64,000 nucleotides of DNA from an uncultured candidate division Zixibacteria bacterium (GCA_963702205.1 OY969724.1:2688001-2752000), one strand, 5' to 3'; positions 29,726-39,515 are shown, counted from the stretch's first letter. The notes: generated by a model from the letters alone, not told the origin. Made by a program: numbers and translations.

Positions 29726-31675
29726 TTGGCATTGGAAGATAAAGACATCAAATACCGGATGATTTTAGTCCCCGTTGTGATTGGAGCACTTTCGGCGCTC
29801 CTGATCCTGGCCGGGACTGTCCCTTTAAAATCCTTCTGGGGAATCAACAACCTCAGGTATTTTTCATCCGGAATTAGGATATTTTATGCGGTCATTATCA
29901 TATTTTTATTCATTCCCCGGCTTCGGTTATTAATTATTGGTTTTTTGAGCACCATTTCAAAGATATTCCCGCGGCTGCCGGGAGTGATTCGATATCTGAT
30001 AGTCGCCATAATGTCGGGTATCATCTTTTATCTTTTTCGCGTCCACGTCCATTCGCTCGGCGACGGTTACATGCGCATCGGGCAAATCGAAACCGGCCTG
30101 AGATTTCTTCATACCGAGCTTCTGGATTTCTGGCTGCATGGGGCGCTTTACGATCTTCTCAACCATTTCGACTCCGTGTCCGGCGAGGCCGTCTATCAGA
30201 TATTCAGTATCGGGATCGGCATGATATTTGTACTTATCATTTATGGTCTTGATCTCAAAGATATTACACCCGGAAACTCCTCGGCCGCGCTAAAATGGTT
30301 GATTACTTGTTTCGGCGGGGCGCAGTTGTTCTTCGGCTATGTTGAATCGTACGCTCTGTTTTATACCGCCATGATCATTTATGCCCTTCTGGCATATAGA
30401 TACCTTTTGACCGGCCGCAAGTTTTGGCAGGTATCGCTGGCTTACTCTATTGGCCTGGCGGCACACATGGCGGGGTTTATATTCCTGCCGACATATTTAT
30501 ACCTGGCATATAAAGCATCTAAAGGCAAAAAAGAAAAACCGGTCTTCTCCAATTATTTATTTACCGGATTGGTCGGCCTGCTTGCGGTCACTTTTATCAT
30601 AATGGAAATCGTGACCCGAATAAAACACGGGCAGTACCTTCCGTCTGCATCCGGATATTTGTTGCCTCTCTTTTCAGGGGATTATTCAGTATTTGCGGGG
30701 CATCATCTGTTTGATATACTGAACGAACTGTTATTGGTCATACCGGGACCACTCGCTTTCATAGTCCCAATTATTTGGTCGCGCCAAAATAATTCGCAAG
30801 TTTCAATAAAAGCCTTTGGAATTTTAATGATTCTGTGCGCGGTGTTTTTTCTCGTCGCCATAAATCCGACTCTTGGCTATGCCCGTGACTGGGACCTGTT
30901 CTCGACTCCAACCGCTCTGCTCGGCTGCACCGTGCTGGTCTTCTATTTCCGCAAGATGGTGCAGAATAACACGACAAGCCTTGCCCTCCCGGCTTTGCTC
31001 GCAACCGCTTTTGTGTCGGTCTGGATTCTAACCAACGCCACACCGCAGCGCCAGCTTCGACGGGCCGAGGACCTTTTGTCGCTCAGCGATCAGGGTCGGG
31101 GCTATTGCACCGAACTTCTGGCGCATTATTATCGCTACGAAGCCAAGGACAATCAGAAAGTGCTCGACCTGCTGGGGAGCATCACCGGCCCCGCTCGCAA
31201 TGCCCGGGTGCTGCGGATCATGGCCGTGACACAATACGAGATGGGCCACTATGCCAATGCCCTCGTCACCGCCCGCGAGGGGATTGCACAGGACAGCACC
31301 GACGCCGAGCTCAATTACGTGGCAGGGATGTCGCTGACCGAGCTCGGGTTTGCCGATTCGGCCACGAGCTATCTTGAGGTCGCACAGCGCCATGATTCAC
31401 GCAACTACATTTTCGCCCGCTCGCTGGCCAAAAACTATTATTCGATCGGGCGGGTCGAGACCGCTCTTGAGGGCTATAAATACGCCATTTCTCTGGACCC
31501 GAAAAAGTATGTCGGATATTTCGACGTGGCCGTGATATATCTGGAGCATGGCCAACTGGATTCGGCCTTTGTCTATGCCCAGGCCGGGCTTAAAGTCGCC
31601 CCGGATTATCAGCCCGGCTATGACATTATGGACGCCATCAAAGCTGCCGCCCGCAACGGCCTGCAACGGCCATAG
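29726..31675 (+). CDS. multi-pass membrane protein with C-terminal TPR repeats (GT-C-like architecture)
   Basis: About 12 TM segments with LGDG, FFGYVESY and RDWDLF motifs, then TPR-like helices. Confidence 0.7.
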   Translation: MALEDKDIKYRMILVPVVIGALSALLILAGTVPLKSFWGINNLRYFSSGIRIFYAVIIIFLFIPRLRLLIIGFLSTISKIFPRLPGVIRYLIVAIMSGIIFYLFRVHVHSLGDGYMRIGQIETGLRFLHTELLDFWLHGALYDLLNHFDSVSGEAVYQIFSIGIGMIFVLIIYGLDLKDITPGNSSAALKWLITCFGGAQLFFGYVESYALFYTAMIIYALLAYRYLLTGRKFWQVSLAYSIGLAAHMAGFIFLPTYLYLAYKASKGKKEKPVFSNYLFTGLVGLLAVTFIIMEIVTRIKHGQYLPSASGYLLPLFSGDYSVFAGHHLFDILNELLLVIPGPLAFIVPIIWSRQNNSQVSIKAFGILMILCAVFFLVAINPTLGYARDWDLFSTPTALLGCTVLVFYFRKMVQNNTTSLALPALLATAFVSVWILTNATPQRQLRRAEDLLSLSDQGRGYCTELLAHYYRYEAKDNQKVLDLLGSITGPARNARVLRIMAVTQYEMGHYANALVTAREGIAQDSTDAELNYVAGMSLTELGFADSATSYLEVAQRHDSRNYIFARSLAKNYYSIGRVETALEGYKYAISLDPKKYVGYFDVAVIYLEHGQLDSAFVYAQAGLKVAPDYQPGYDIMDAIKAAARNGLQRP

Positions 31676-31687
31676 CGTCCCCTGCGT

Positions 31688-32250
31688 CGTGCCCGGCGGG
31701 TCCCCTCAGACCCGCCGGTCTTGATCTTTAGAGCAGGACCCGAGCATAGCGAAGCGGTCCTGCCAAGCTGAAAATGGCGGAACCACTACCCTTCAAAAGA
31801 TCCGGGTCTTCGAAAGGGTTCCGCCCTAAAGGATATGAACTGATTGTCATGCTCGCATAAATTTTTGTCGGTATTCCGACAACTCTTGTAGGCTCCCGTA
31901 GGTCACGCCGACTTGTCGAAGACCCTGATTCTTGCGAAGGGCGGCGTGACATCTTTTCTTTATCCAACCCCACCCCAAACAAAGAGGCTTGTTGAAAAAG
32001 TGGCGCCAATATGTTCCGTCAGGTGCTGATCCCGACGAAGTCGGGATTGACACTTGACGGCCTCTTTAGCTTCAATGACTTACAATGCGGTCAGGTCACA
32101 CGCCCCGATAAATCGGGACGCAGGACCTGACCGAACAGGCTTTTTCAACAAGCCCAAAGTTTGGAGTGGCCACCCAACATAAGGCGGGAGCGTACTGATT
32201 TCGCGGCGTTGTGCCTGGCGGGTTCACAGATCCGCCGGGAAATCCCGCGC
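31688..32250. repeat. cluster of REP-like palindromes
   Basis: Successive GC-rich hairpins, e.g. ccggcgggtc...gacccgccgg, gcaggacc...ggtcctgc, ggcggaacc...ggttccgcc, GTAG-gtcacgccg...cggcgtgac. Confidence 0.75.
31985..32155. mobile_element. MITE 1 (171 bp)
   Basis: TIRs GGCTTGTTGAAAAAG / CTTTTTCAACAAGCC, flanking AAAG direct repeat, two internal nested hairpins. Confidence 0.8.
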
Positions 32251-32260
32251 CTTAATTGCC

Positions 32261-32289
32261 TTGACAAGATTCCGATTTAGGAATATTAT
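32261..32289 (+). promoter_or_regulatory. sigma70-type promoter of tRNA-His
   Basis: TTGACA-17 nt-TATTAT. Confidence 0.75.
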
Positions 32290-32302
32290 AGATGCTCACA
32301 AT

Positions 32303-32376
32303 GCTGGGGTAGCTCAGTTGGTTAGAGCACTAGATTGTGGATCTAGTGGTCGAGAGTTCGAGTCTCTCCCCCAGTA
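32303..32376 (+). tRNA. tRNA-His(GUG), no encoded G-1, G1:U72, A73
   Basis: Full cloverleaf: GCTGGGG/CCCCAGT acceptor stem, CTAGA-TT-GTG-GA-TCTAG anticodon arm, TTCGAGT T-loop; no encoded CCA. Confidence 0.95.
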
Positions 32377-32393
32377 TTTATTCGTTTATGGGA

Positions 32394-33254
32394 TCAGCGT
32401 CCTGATGAAAAGACGATTGTTTTTTTGCCGGTTATGATCACTCTGTGTTCCAGATGCGCCTTCACGGCCCGGGCCAGCACGAATCTCTCAATATCGCGGC
32501 CGATCCGTTGAAGATTCGCGGGAGAATCTTCATGCGTGACCTGCTTGACATCCTGCTCGATAATCGGACCGTCGTCAAGTTCTGAAGTCACATAATGCGC
32601 GGTCGCGCCGATCATCTTCACACCCCTCTCAAACGCCCGTTGATAAGGCTTCGGCCCTTGAAAGGCCGGGAGAAAAGCGTGATGGATATTTATGATCCTC
32701 CCCCGATATTCGCCGACAAACGACGGCGTCAAAATCTGCATGTATCGAGCCAAAACTATAAGCCCGATGTCATGCTCCTTCAACAGCGCCTTTATACGCA
32801 TTTCCTGTTCTTCATTTTGTCCCGGACTTACGGGAAGATAGTGGAACGGGATTCCAAACTGTTTGGCCACGGATTCAAGTTTCGCGTGATTCCCGATAAT
32901 GATTGGAATTTCACAATGGAGCTCTTTTTCTTTCTGACGAACCAGCAGATCATACAAACAATGTGACGCTTTACTGACCAGGATTGCGACCCGCTCGGTG
33001 TTTGCGGAATAGTGGATGGACCAGGTGAAGTTCAGAGAACCCGCAAGTGATTGAAAATCCGATTCAAGAGATTTCGGAGCATAAGAAGAAGAATCGAGAT
33101 CGAGCTTTAAGCGCATGAAAAAGTCATCGGACTCGATATCTACGTGCTGACGGCAATCGAGAATGTTGAATTCGCGTTCGAAGGCGAATGAACTGACTTT
33201 GGCCACCAGCCCCTTTTGATCCCGGCATTTGATGAGAATAACCACTGCTCGCAT
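32394..33254 (-). CDS. purU: formyltetrahydrofolate deformylase
   Basis: N-terminal ACT domain, SHCLYDLL, LARYMQIL, INIHHAFLPAF, GVKMIGATAHYVT. Confidence 0.95.
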   Translation of the reverse strand: MRAVVILIKCRDQKGLVAKVSSFAFEREFNILDCRQHVDIESDDFFMRLKLDLDSSSYAPKSLESDFQSLAGSLNFTWSIHYSANTERVAILVSKASHCLYDLLVRQKEKELHCEIPIIIGNHAKLESVAKQFGIPFHYLPVSPGQNEEQEMRIKALLKEHDIGLIVLARYMQILTPSFVGEYRGRIINIHHAFLPAFQGPKPYQRAFERGVKMIGATAHYVTSELDDGPIIEQDVKQVTHEDSPANLQRIGRDIERFVLARAVKAHLEHRVIITGKKTIVFSSGR

Positions 33255-33414
33255 TCTTCAATATACATTTTTATTAATTTCAAAGTCAATGTACAGAATC
33301 GAGCCTATAGCCTGGCCTAGATTCTAAACATTTTCTTCAATTCTAGCAGCTTACCCAACGAGTTTTGTATCTCACCCAACGGGTGAGTGAGTTTATGTGC
33401 GCGGCAGATGTCCA

Positions 33415-33567
33415 GAGGCTGTCTCAAAAGTACTCTTTTTAAGTTCCGCGGGGTCTTGTCCCGACGAAGTCGGGATGTGACCCTGCGGTCTTTCAACGGT
33501 TTCCGTCGGGTGACAATTTCGACTACGTCGAAATCAACACCCGACGGAACACTTTTGGGACAGCCTC
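33415..33567. mobile_element. MITE 2 (153 bp)
   Basis: TIRs GAGGCTGTCTCAAAAGT / ACTTTTGGGACAGCCTC, flanking TCCA direct repeat, two internal nested hairpins related to MITE 1. Confidence 0.8.
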
Positions 33568-33875
33568 TCCACATCTGCCCATCTGCCATGGGTGGCCCCT
33601 CCAAATTTATTTATGGCTCTGTCGGGAACCCCTTCCAGACAATCTTTTATTTATTCCCAAAAGCGTCAGGAAAGGGTTCCTGACGCCGCTGAACGCCTTT
33701 GCATTAAAATGTTGAGTTCCATCGATATTTTAAATTTTGCAAATTAAAAATTTTGTCAACTATCAACCATAATTAAGAAGACTCACCTCCTGTTTTTACT
33801 CATATCCTCCCCCCCAAAAAACTCTTCCCTTATCCATTAAAACTTATATCTTGACCGTCAAATTGAGAAATTGAT

Positions 33876-35315
33876 ATGGCCGAAAATAAAAAAGACAAAA
33901 GAGTCAAGCCGCAGGTTCTGAAAGGCTTTCGGGACTATTCTCCCGGTGAGGAGCTCGCCCGGCGGACGCTTATAGCCAAAGCCGTCGAGGTGGTCGAACG
34001 CTACGGGTTTCTCCCGATACAAACGCCGTCGCTTGAAGCCGCCGAAATCCTCCTCGGCGCCGACTATACCGACGACAACCTCAAGGAGCTGTTCGGGTTT
34101 GTCGGCCCTGAAAAAACCGATATGGCCCTGCGCTACGAATTCACCCTGTCGCTGGCGCGGTATGTCGCCGGCAATCCGCTTCTGCCCCTGCCCTTCCGTC
34201 GCTACCAGTACGGCAACGTCTGGCGCGTGGACAAACCCGGCCCCGGACGCTTCCGCGAGTTCACCCAGTTCGACCTCGATATAGTCGGCTCCTCGTCCAC
34301 GCTGGCCGACGCCGAAGTCATGGCGACCATGATCACGATTCTCGATACGCTGGGGATAAAAAACTTCACCGTGCACTATTCCAACCGCAAACTGATCAAC
34401 GGCCTGACCTCGTATGCTGACATCCCGGCCGATAAAGCAACCGACGTCTTCCGGGTTATCGACAAACTCCCCAAACAGGGCAAAGAGGCGGTGCTTCTGG
34501 AACTCGGACCGGGCCGCACCGATGTCTCCGGCGACAAAATCCCCGGCCTGTACTTAAGCGACAAACAGATCAAAACGCTTGAGGACTTTTTAAATATCGC
34601 CGAACAGACCGACCGCGATCAGTTGGATAGTGCCGAAGAACTTCTCGGTGACATTGCCATTTCAAAAGAAGGCATCGACGAACTTAGACAGATCAAATCG
34701 TACCTCAATAGACTCGGCATCGCAGAGGGAAAATCGCGCATAGATATAACCATCGTCCGCGGCCTCGGCTATTACACCGGGCCGGTCTTTGAGACAATTC
34801 TAAACGACCTGCCCGAATTCGGCTCGGTCTTCTCCGGCGGCCGCTATGATAACATGGTCGGGCGCTTCTCCGGCAAGAACATCCCGGCGACTGGCACTTC
34901 GTTCGGTGTCGACCGCATGCTCTCGGCGTTGATAGAGCTTAAAGCCATAAAGATGACGACGGCCACGTCGAAAGTGCTCGTCACGACTATGGACAAAAAC
35001 CGGCTCGATGAGTACATAATCATGCTTCGCGAAATCCGCGACGCTGGAATCAATGCCGAACTGTTCCTGGGCGAGACAAAAAATATCAACAAGCAACTGA
35101 AATATGCCGACCGCGTTGGCATACCAATAGCAGTCATTGCCGGGTCCGATGAATTCGAAAACGGCACCGTCACCGTCAAAGACCTCCGGGCCGGGCAGGA
35201 AAAATCCAAAGACATCGAAGACCGCGAGGAATGGCTGGCCGCCGAAGACATACAGGTCACTATCGAACGCGGTCGCATGATAGCTCACATCAAAAAGTTG
35301 CTCGATAAAAAATAA
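33876..35315 (+). CDS. hisS: histidine--tRNA ligase
   Basis: KGFRDY, LRYEFT, motif 2 WRVDKPGPGRFREF, RGLGYYTG, GGRYD, anticodon-binding domain QLKYAD. Confidence 0.97.
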   Translation: MAENKKDKRVKPQVLKGFRDYSPGEELARRTLIAKAVEVVERYGFLPIQTPSLEAAEILLGADYTDDNLKELFGFVGPEKTDMALRYEFTLSLARYVAGNPLLPLPFRRYQYGNVWRVDKPGPGRFREFTQFDLDIVGSSSTLADAEVMATMITILDTLGIKNFTVHYSNRKLINGLTSYADIPADKATDVFRVIDKLPKQGKEAVLLELGPGRTDVSGDKIPGLYLSDKQIKTLEDFLNIAEQTDRDQLDSAEELLGDIAISKEGIDELRQIKSYLNRLGIAEGKSRIDITIVRGLGYYTGPVFETILNDLPEFGSVFSGGRYDNMVGRFSGKNIPATGTSFGVDRMLSALIELKAIKMTTATSKVLVTTMDKNRLDEYIIMLREIRDAGINAELFLGETKNINKQLKYADRVGIPIAVIAGSDEFENGTVTVKDLRAGQEKSKDIEDREEWLAAEDIQVTIERGRMIAHIKKLLDKK

Positions 35316-35335
35316 ATCGTAAAAAGGACAAAGAT

Positions 35336-36826
35336 ATGAAACGGTTTGCCTGCTCCGCAATTATGGTCGCAGCGGTGGCGTCTATATTGTTGGTTTCATA
35401 CGCCTCGGCCGCGACGATCGAGGATTTCCTGATCAAGGATTCCACCCGAACCTGGCTTTTTTCAAAGGACAGCATCGATTTCGGGACACTCAAGTCAACG
35501 TATAGAGGCCCGGCGGAATACCAGGGCCTTAAGTCATTTCATATCGAAGAAACCCTCGACCTTGATTTCACAAAAATCAAGGCTCCCGCCAAAGTTAATC
35601 TGCATAACAATCACTATGTCGATTTGCAGAACGCCTATGTCGGCGATTCCATGAGTATTCTCGCCAACGGTGAAACCCAGGGGCTGGAGCTGGTGCACCG
35701 GGGTGACTCTCTCTACGGTTCTGCTCAAAATGTCGCCCACAATAATGTCGATATGCCTCTTCGCGCCACCATGATGACTCTTGATAACAACATGGTCGAC
35801 CAGATGGAACTGATATTCTGGCAGAACGATCTGAAAATCGGCGACACCCTGACCGATACGTTTTTCGTCGCCCAGTTTCTCACCGGGGCGGAGTTCGAGT
35901 TTATCGTGGATTCGATGCGAACCGAAGAAGTCAATGGCGTCGCTGATACCGTTTTGTCGATGAGAATGCTGACTCCTATGCAACAGGCTATCAGCTTCGG
36001 GAGAAAAACCGGCCTGATCAAAATCAAAGCGCCGGTTCAGGGATTTGCAATTACTCGGATTGACAATGAATCCGGTAAATCGTTCAGCATAAGCAGCGGA
36101 ACTTCCGGAGGATTTTTCACTGCCTTACCGTTGTACCTGTTTTATATTCTGGTCGGGCTGGTATTCGGCATTTGCGTCATAAAGAACTACTATAACCGTC
36201 TGGAAACATATATCGTGCTCATCCTCGGAGCGGCCGGGTTTTCGATCTTGCGATATACACAGATACCGCTTCAAACATGGTACGCAACCACCTACATCGT
36301 GCCCGGACTAAAAGCCGGTGGATCGCTCTTTTTCTACTCCGGAGTGCAGGCCCTGTTTTCGGGTTTGATTCAGGAGACACTTAAGTTGATACCGCTGATA
36401 CTCATATTGACAACCCGCCCGCCGTCAAAAAAATCGCTGGTCATTCTGGGCATGTTCACCGGTATGGGTTTCGGGATCATGGAAGCCTGCTCCATAACCG
36501 GTTTCGCCTATCAGTCCGGCCTGATGTCTTTCATCTCGTGGGCGACCTTCGAGCGTATTTTCGCCATACTGTTTCACACGTCGACCGGCGCGGCCCTCGG
36601 GTATGCCCTCGCCGCCGGATGGAAAAAGGTCCCCGCGATCTGGCTCTTGATGGTGCTGATTCATTCCTTCAGCAACCTTTTGATCGTCTTTTACCAGAAA
36701 GAGATGGTCGCGCTGGCGCCGCTGGAGTTGATCGTGGCCGGAATCGACGTGGTCCTGGCGCTTTTGGTATGGCTGGCTGTGAGAGGCGCAACGCGCACCG
36801 ATGGGGCGACACCGCAGCCAAATTAA
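35336..36826 (+). CDS. large extracytoplasmic domain fused to a YhfC/PrsW-like intramembrane protease domain
   Basis: Signal peptide, about 240-aa soluble region, TM bundle with QETLK, GFGIMEA, ERIFAILFH, IHSFSN. Confidence 0.7.
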   Translation: MKRFACSAIMVAAVASILLVSYASAATIEDFLIKDSTRTWLFSKDSIDFGTLKSTYRGPAEYQGLKSFHIEETLDLDFTKIKAPAKVNLHNNHYVDLQNAYVGDSMSILANGETQGLELVHRGDSLYGSAQNVAHNNVDMPLRATMMTLDNNMVDQMELIFWQNDLKIGDTLTDTFFVAQFLTGAEFEFIVDSMRTEEVNGVADTVLSMRMLTPMQQAISFGRKTGLIKIKAPVQGFAITRIDNESGKSFSISSGTSGGFFTALPLYLFYILVGLVFGICVIKNYYNRLETYIVLILGAAGFSILRYTQIPLQTWYATTYIVPGLKAGGSLFFYSGVQALFSGLIQETLKLIPLILILTTRPPSKKSLVILGMFTGMGFGIMEACSITGFAYQSGLMSFISWATFERIFAILFHTSTGAALGYALAAGWKKVPAIWLLMVLIHSFSNLLIVFYQKEMVALAPLELIVAGIDVVLALLVWLAVRGATRTDGATPQPN

Positions 36827-36901
36827 ATTGACATTGTTTTCGACGTTTGCTATTTTGGGCCCGGTAGAGAATACCCCCTGTTTTGCTGGAGGAAATTATA
36901 A

Positions 36902-38134
36902 ATGCCTAAATTGTCCGAGCGTGGCCTGGGGATGCCGTCGTCGCCGATGCGCAAGCTGGCGCCGTACGCCGAAGCCGCCAGGAAGAAGGGCCGCAAAATA
37001 TATCATCTCAATATCGGTCAGCCCGATATAGAAACCCCCGAAGTAGCCCGCAATAAAATTAAAAGCTGTGATTTGTCCGTTATCGAATATTCTCATTCGG
37101 CCGGTATTGAATCGTACCGCCGCCGTCTGGCCGAATACTACAAGCGTTATGGAATCGACGTCGAATACACCGACATTCTCGTAACGACCGGGGGATCGGA
37201 AGCGATCGTGTTTGCTTTTATGTCCGCTCTCAACGAGGGTGATGAAGTTATCATACCAGAACCTTTTTATGCTAACTACAACGGCTTCGCCGTCATGGCC
37301 GGTGTCAAAATCAAACCGATTACGTCGACCATCGAAAACAACTTTGCCCTTCCCGAAATTTCCGAATTCGAAAAAAAAATCACGAACAAGACAAAAGGCA
37401 TTCTGATCTGCAACCCCAACAACCCGACCGGTTACCTCTACTCCCGCCGCGAGCTCGAAACCCTGCGCGACATCATCAGGAAACACGATCTGTTCCTGTT
37501 TGCCGATGAAGTCTATAAAGAATTTTGTTACGACGGTCTCGAATTCGTCTCGACCATGCACCTGAAAGGTATCGAAGACAACGTCATCATGCTGGATTCA
37601 ATTTCCAAACGGTACAGCTCGTGCGGCATGCGGATCGGTTCGCTGGTTTCGCGCAACAAAGACGTAATTGCGACCGCGCTCAAATTCGGTCAGGCGCGGC
37701 TCAGCCCGCCGACCTACGGCCAGATTGCCGGTGAAGCGGCGGTCGACACGCCGGATTCATATTTCAAAAAAGTGCTCGATGAGTACGTCAAACGACGCGA
37801 TATCGTGGTTGATTCTTTGCAAAAAATCGAAGGGGTCGTCTGCCCCAAACCGACCGGGGCGTTTTATGCCGCGGCCAGGCTGCCTATCGACGATGCCGAC
37901 CGGTTTTGCCGATGGCTGCTCGAAGATTTCGAATACGATAATCAGACGGTTATGCTGGCTCCGATGGCCGGCTTTTATGCCACGCCGGGGCTGGGCAAGG
38001 ATGAAGTGCGTATCGGCTATGTCCTGAATGTTGAAGCATTGAAAAAGGCCATGAAATGTCTGGATGAAGCTCTTAAAGTATATCCCGGACGGACCGATCT
38101 TGCCGCCGCCCGGTCGGCTTCAAACAGCGGTTAA
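36902..38134 (+). CDS. PLP-dependent aminotransferase class I/II
   Basis: LNIGQPD, NPNNPTG, DEVY, SISKRY. Confidence 0.92.
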   Translation: MPKLSERGLGMPSSPMRKLAPYAEAARKKGRKIYHLNIGQPDIETPEVARNKIKSCDLSVIEYSHSAGIESYRRRLAEYYKRYGIDVEYTDILVTTGGSEAIVFAFMSALNEGDEVIIPEPFYANYNGFAVMAGVKIKPITSTIENNFALPEISEFEKKITNKTKGILICNPNNPTGYLYSRRELETLRDIIRKHDLFLFADEVYKEFCYDGLEFVSTMHLKGIEDNVIMLDSISKRYSSCGMRIGSLVSRNKDVIATALKFGQARLSPPTYGQIAGEAAVDTPDSYFKKVLDEYVKRRDIVVDSLQKIEGVVCPKPTGAFYAAARLPIDDADRFCRWLLEDFEYDNQTVMLAPMAGFYATPGLGKDEVRIGYVLNVEALKKAMKCLDEALKVYPGRTDLAAARSASNSG

Positions 38135-38160
38135 AAATCGAAATAAAAAGATCTTAAACT

Positions 38161-39147
38161 ATGAGCGATGTCAATCATTATGCCGGTATAGATATCGGCG
38201 CTTCTAATATCAAGTATGGTATAATCAGTTCCAAAGGCGAAGTTCTCTTTCGCGAACAAAAACCGGCTCTCGTCGAAAAAGGCCCGATGCCCCTTATGCA
38301 CCTGGTCACCAATATCGCCGAAAACCTGCTGCTGCGCGCCGCCGAGGATGAACTGAATGTCCACTGGCTCGGGGTCGGCTCGCCCGGTGCAATTGATAAT
38401 GTTACGGGCACCGTCAAAGGTCGCTGCCCCAATATCCCCGACTGGGTCGGGATGGAAATCGCCGCGCACCTTAAAGAACATCTAAACATGCCGGTCTACG
38501 TGGACAACGACGCCAACGTCGTGGCCCTCGGAGAATTCCGATTCGGGGCCGCCAAAAGATTTTCTTCGGCAATATGCATTACTATGGGAACCGGCATCGG
38601 CGGCGGAATTATAATTAACAGGCAGCTTTGGCGGGGAGCCAGCTTCTCCGCCGGAGAAATCGGACATATTATCGTCAACGAAAACGGCCGCCCCTGCAAA
38701 TGCGGGAACAAAGGCTGTCTGGAAGCGTATTGTGCATCACAGCCTATACTCGACCGGGCCAGAGAAAAACTGGCCGTCGGTATGACCGAAACGATGGACG
38801 AAATTTTAGAGGGTAACATCGACAACCTGACCATAAAAAAGCTCTTCGCCGCAGGTAAGAAATCCGATGAAACCGCACTGGCCGTGATCGAAGAAACCGG
38901 CCGCATTATGGGTGCGGCCCTGTCGGGCGTGGTCAACCTGTTCAACCCCGAAGCGCTCGTGTTCGGCGGCGGGATTATCGACGGCGGCGCGGGGCTGGTC
39001 GAAGTGATCGGGGCCGAAATCCGCAGACGGGCCTTCCCCTCGGCGACCGAGAACCTTAGAATCCTCAGGGCCGAACTGGGCAACAATGCCGGGTTTATCG
39101 GCGCGGGACTTTTGGGCGAATATAAAACCGGGAATAATTTCTCATGA
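38161..39147 (+). CDS. ROK family sugar kinase
   Basis: GIDIG, DNDAN, GTGIGGG, GEIGH, CKCGNKGCLE. Confidence 0.92.
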   Translation: MSDVNHYAGIDIGASNIKYGIISSKGEVLFREQKPALVEKGPMPLMHLVTNIAENLLLRAAEDELNVHWLGVGSPGAIDNVTGTVKGRCPNIPDWVGMEIAAHLKEHLNMPVYVDNDANVVALGEFRFGAAKRFSSAICITMGTGIGGGIIINRQLWRGASFSAGEIGHIIVNENGRPCKCGNKGCLEAYCASQPILDRAREKLAVGMTETMDEILEGNIDNLTIKKLFAAGKKSDETALAVIEETGRIMGAALSGVVNLFNPEALVFGGGIIDGGAGLVEVIGAEIRRRAFPSATENLRILRAELGNNAGFIGAGLLGEYKTGNNFS

Positions 39148-39515
39148 GCGAAAACAAAGAACAAACGCCACTGATTATCAAAATCCTGAGCTGGTACGGC
39201 ATCATTTTCGGATGTCTATATATAGTATATGGTGTTATAAGTATTGCCCTGGGAATACTTGACCGCAATTATACTACCGTCGAGACCGATTTCGTATTGA
39301 TCTTTTACGGTGTTCCGCTGCTTATTATGGCGCTCGGGTTTAAGAGCTATCAGCGCTGGGGATGGATCGGGTATACGGCGCTGCTGATGCTGATCACAAT
39401 CTATGCTTTTGTGTCGCACGTCGATTCGAACGGTATCGTTGTTGGGGTCATCTCGCTTCTGGCGCTGGTCGGTATGATGTATCCGGGTGTCAGAAAACGT
39501 TACTTCCCGACATAA
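39144..39515 (+). CDS. four-TM hypothetical membrane protein
   Basis: ATGA overlap with the ROK gene; four hydrophobic segments. Confidence 0.7.
   Translation: MSENKEQTPLIIKILSWYGIIFGCLYIVYGVISIALGILDRNYTTVETDFVLIFYGVPLLIMALGFKSYQRWGWIGYTALLMLITIYAFVSHVDSNGIVVGVISLLALVGMMYPGVRKRYFPT

Noticed and set aside
31728..32053. Short ORFs across the palindrome cluster (also 33317-33683)
   Set aside because: They run through GC-rich hairpins and MITEs and have no protein-like features.
31985..33567. Composite transposon carrying tRNA-His and purU between the two MITEs
   Set aside because: Each MITE has its own TIRs and its own target duplication, so they inserted independently.
31688..33690. CRISPR array
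   Set aside because: No regularly spaced identical direct repeats with unique spacers, and no cas genes.
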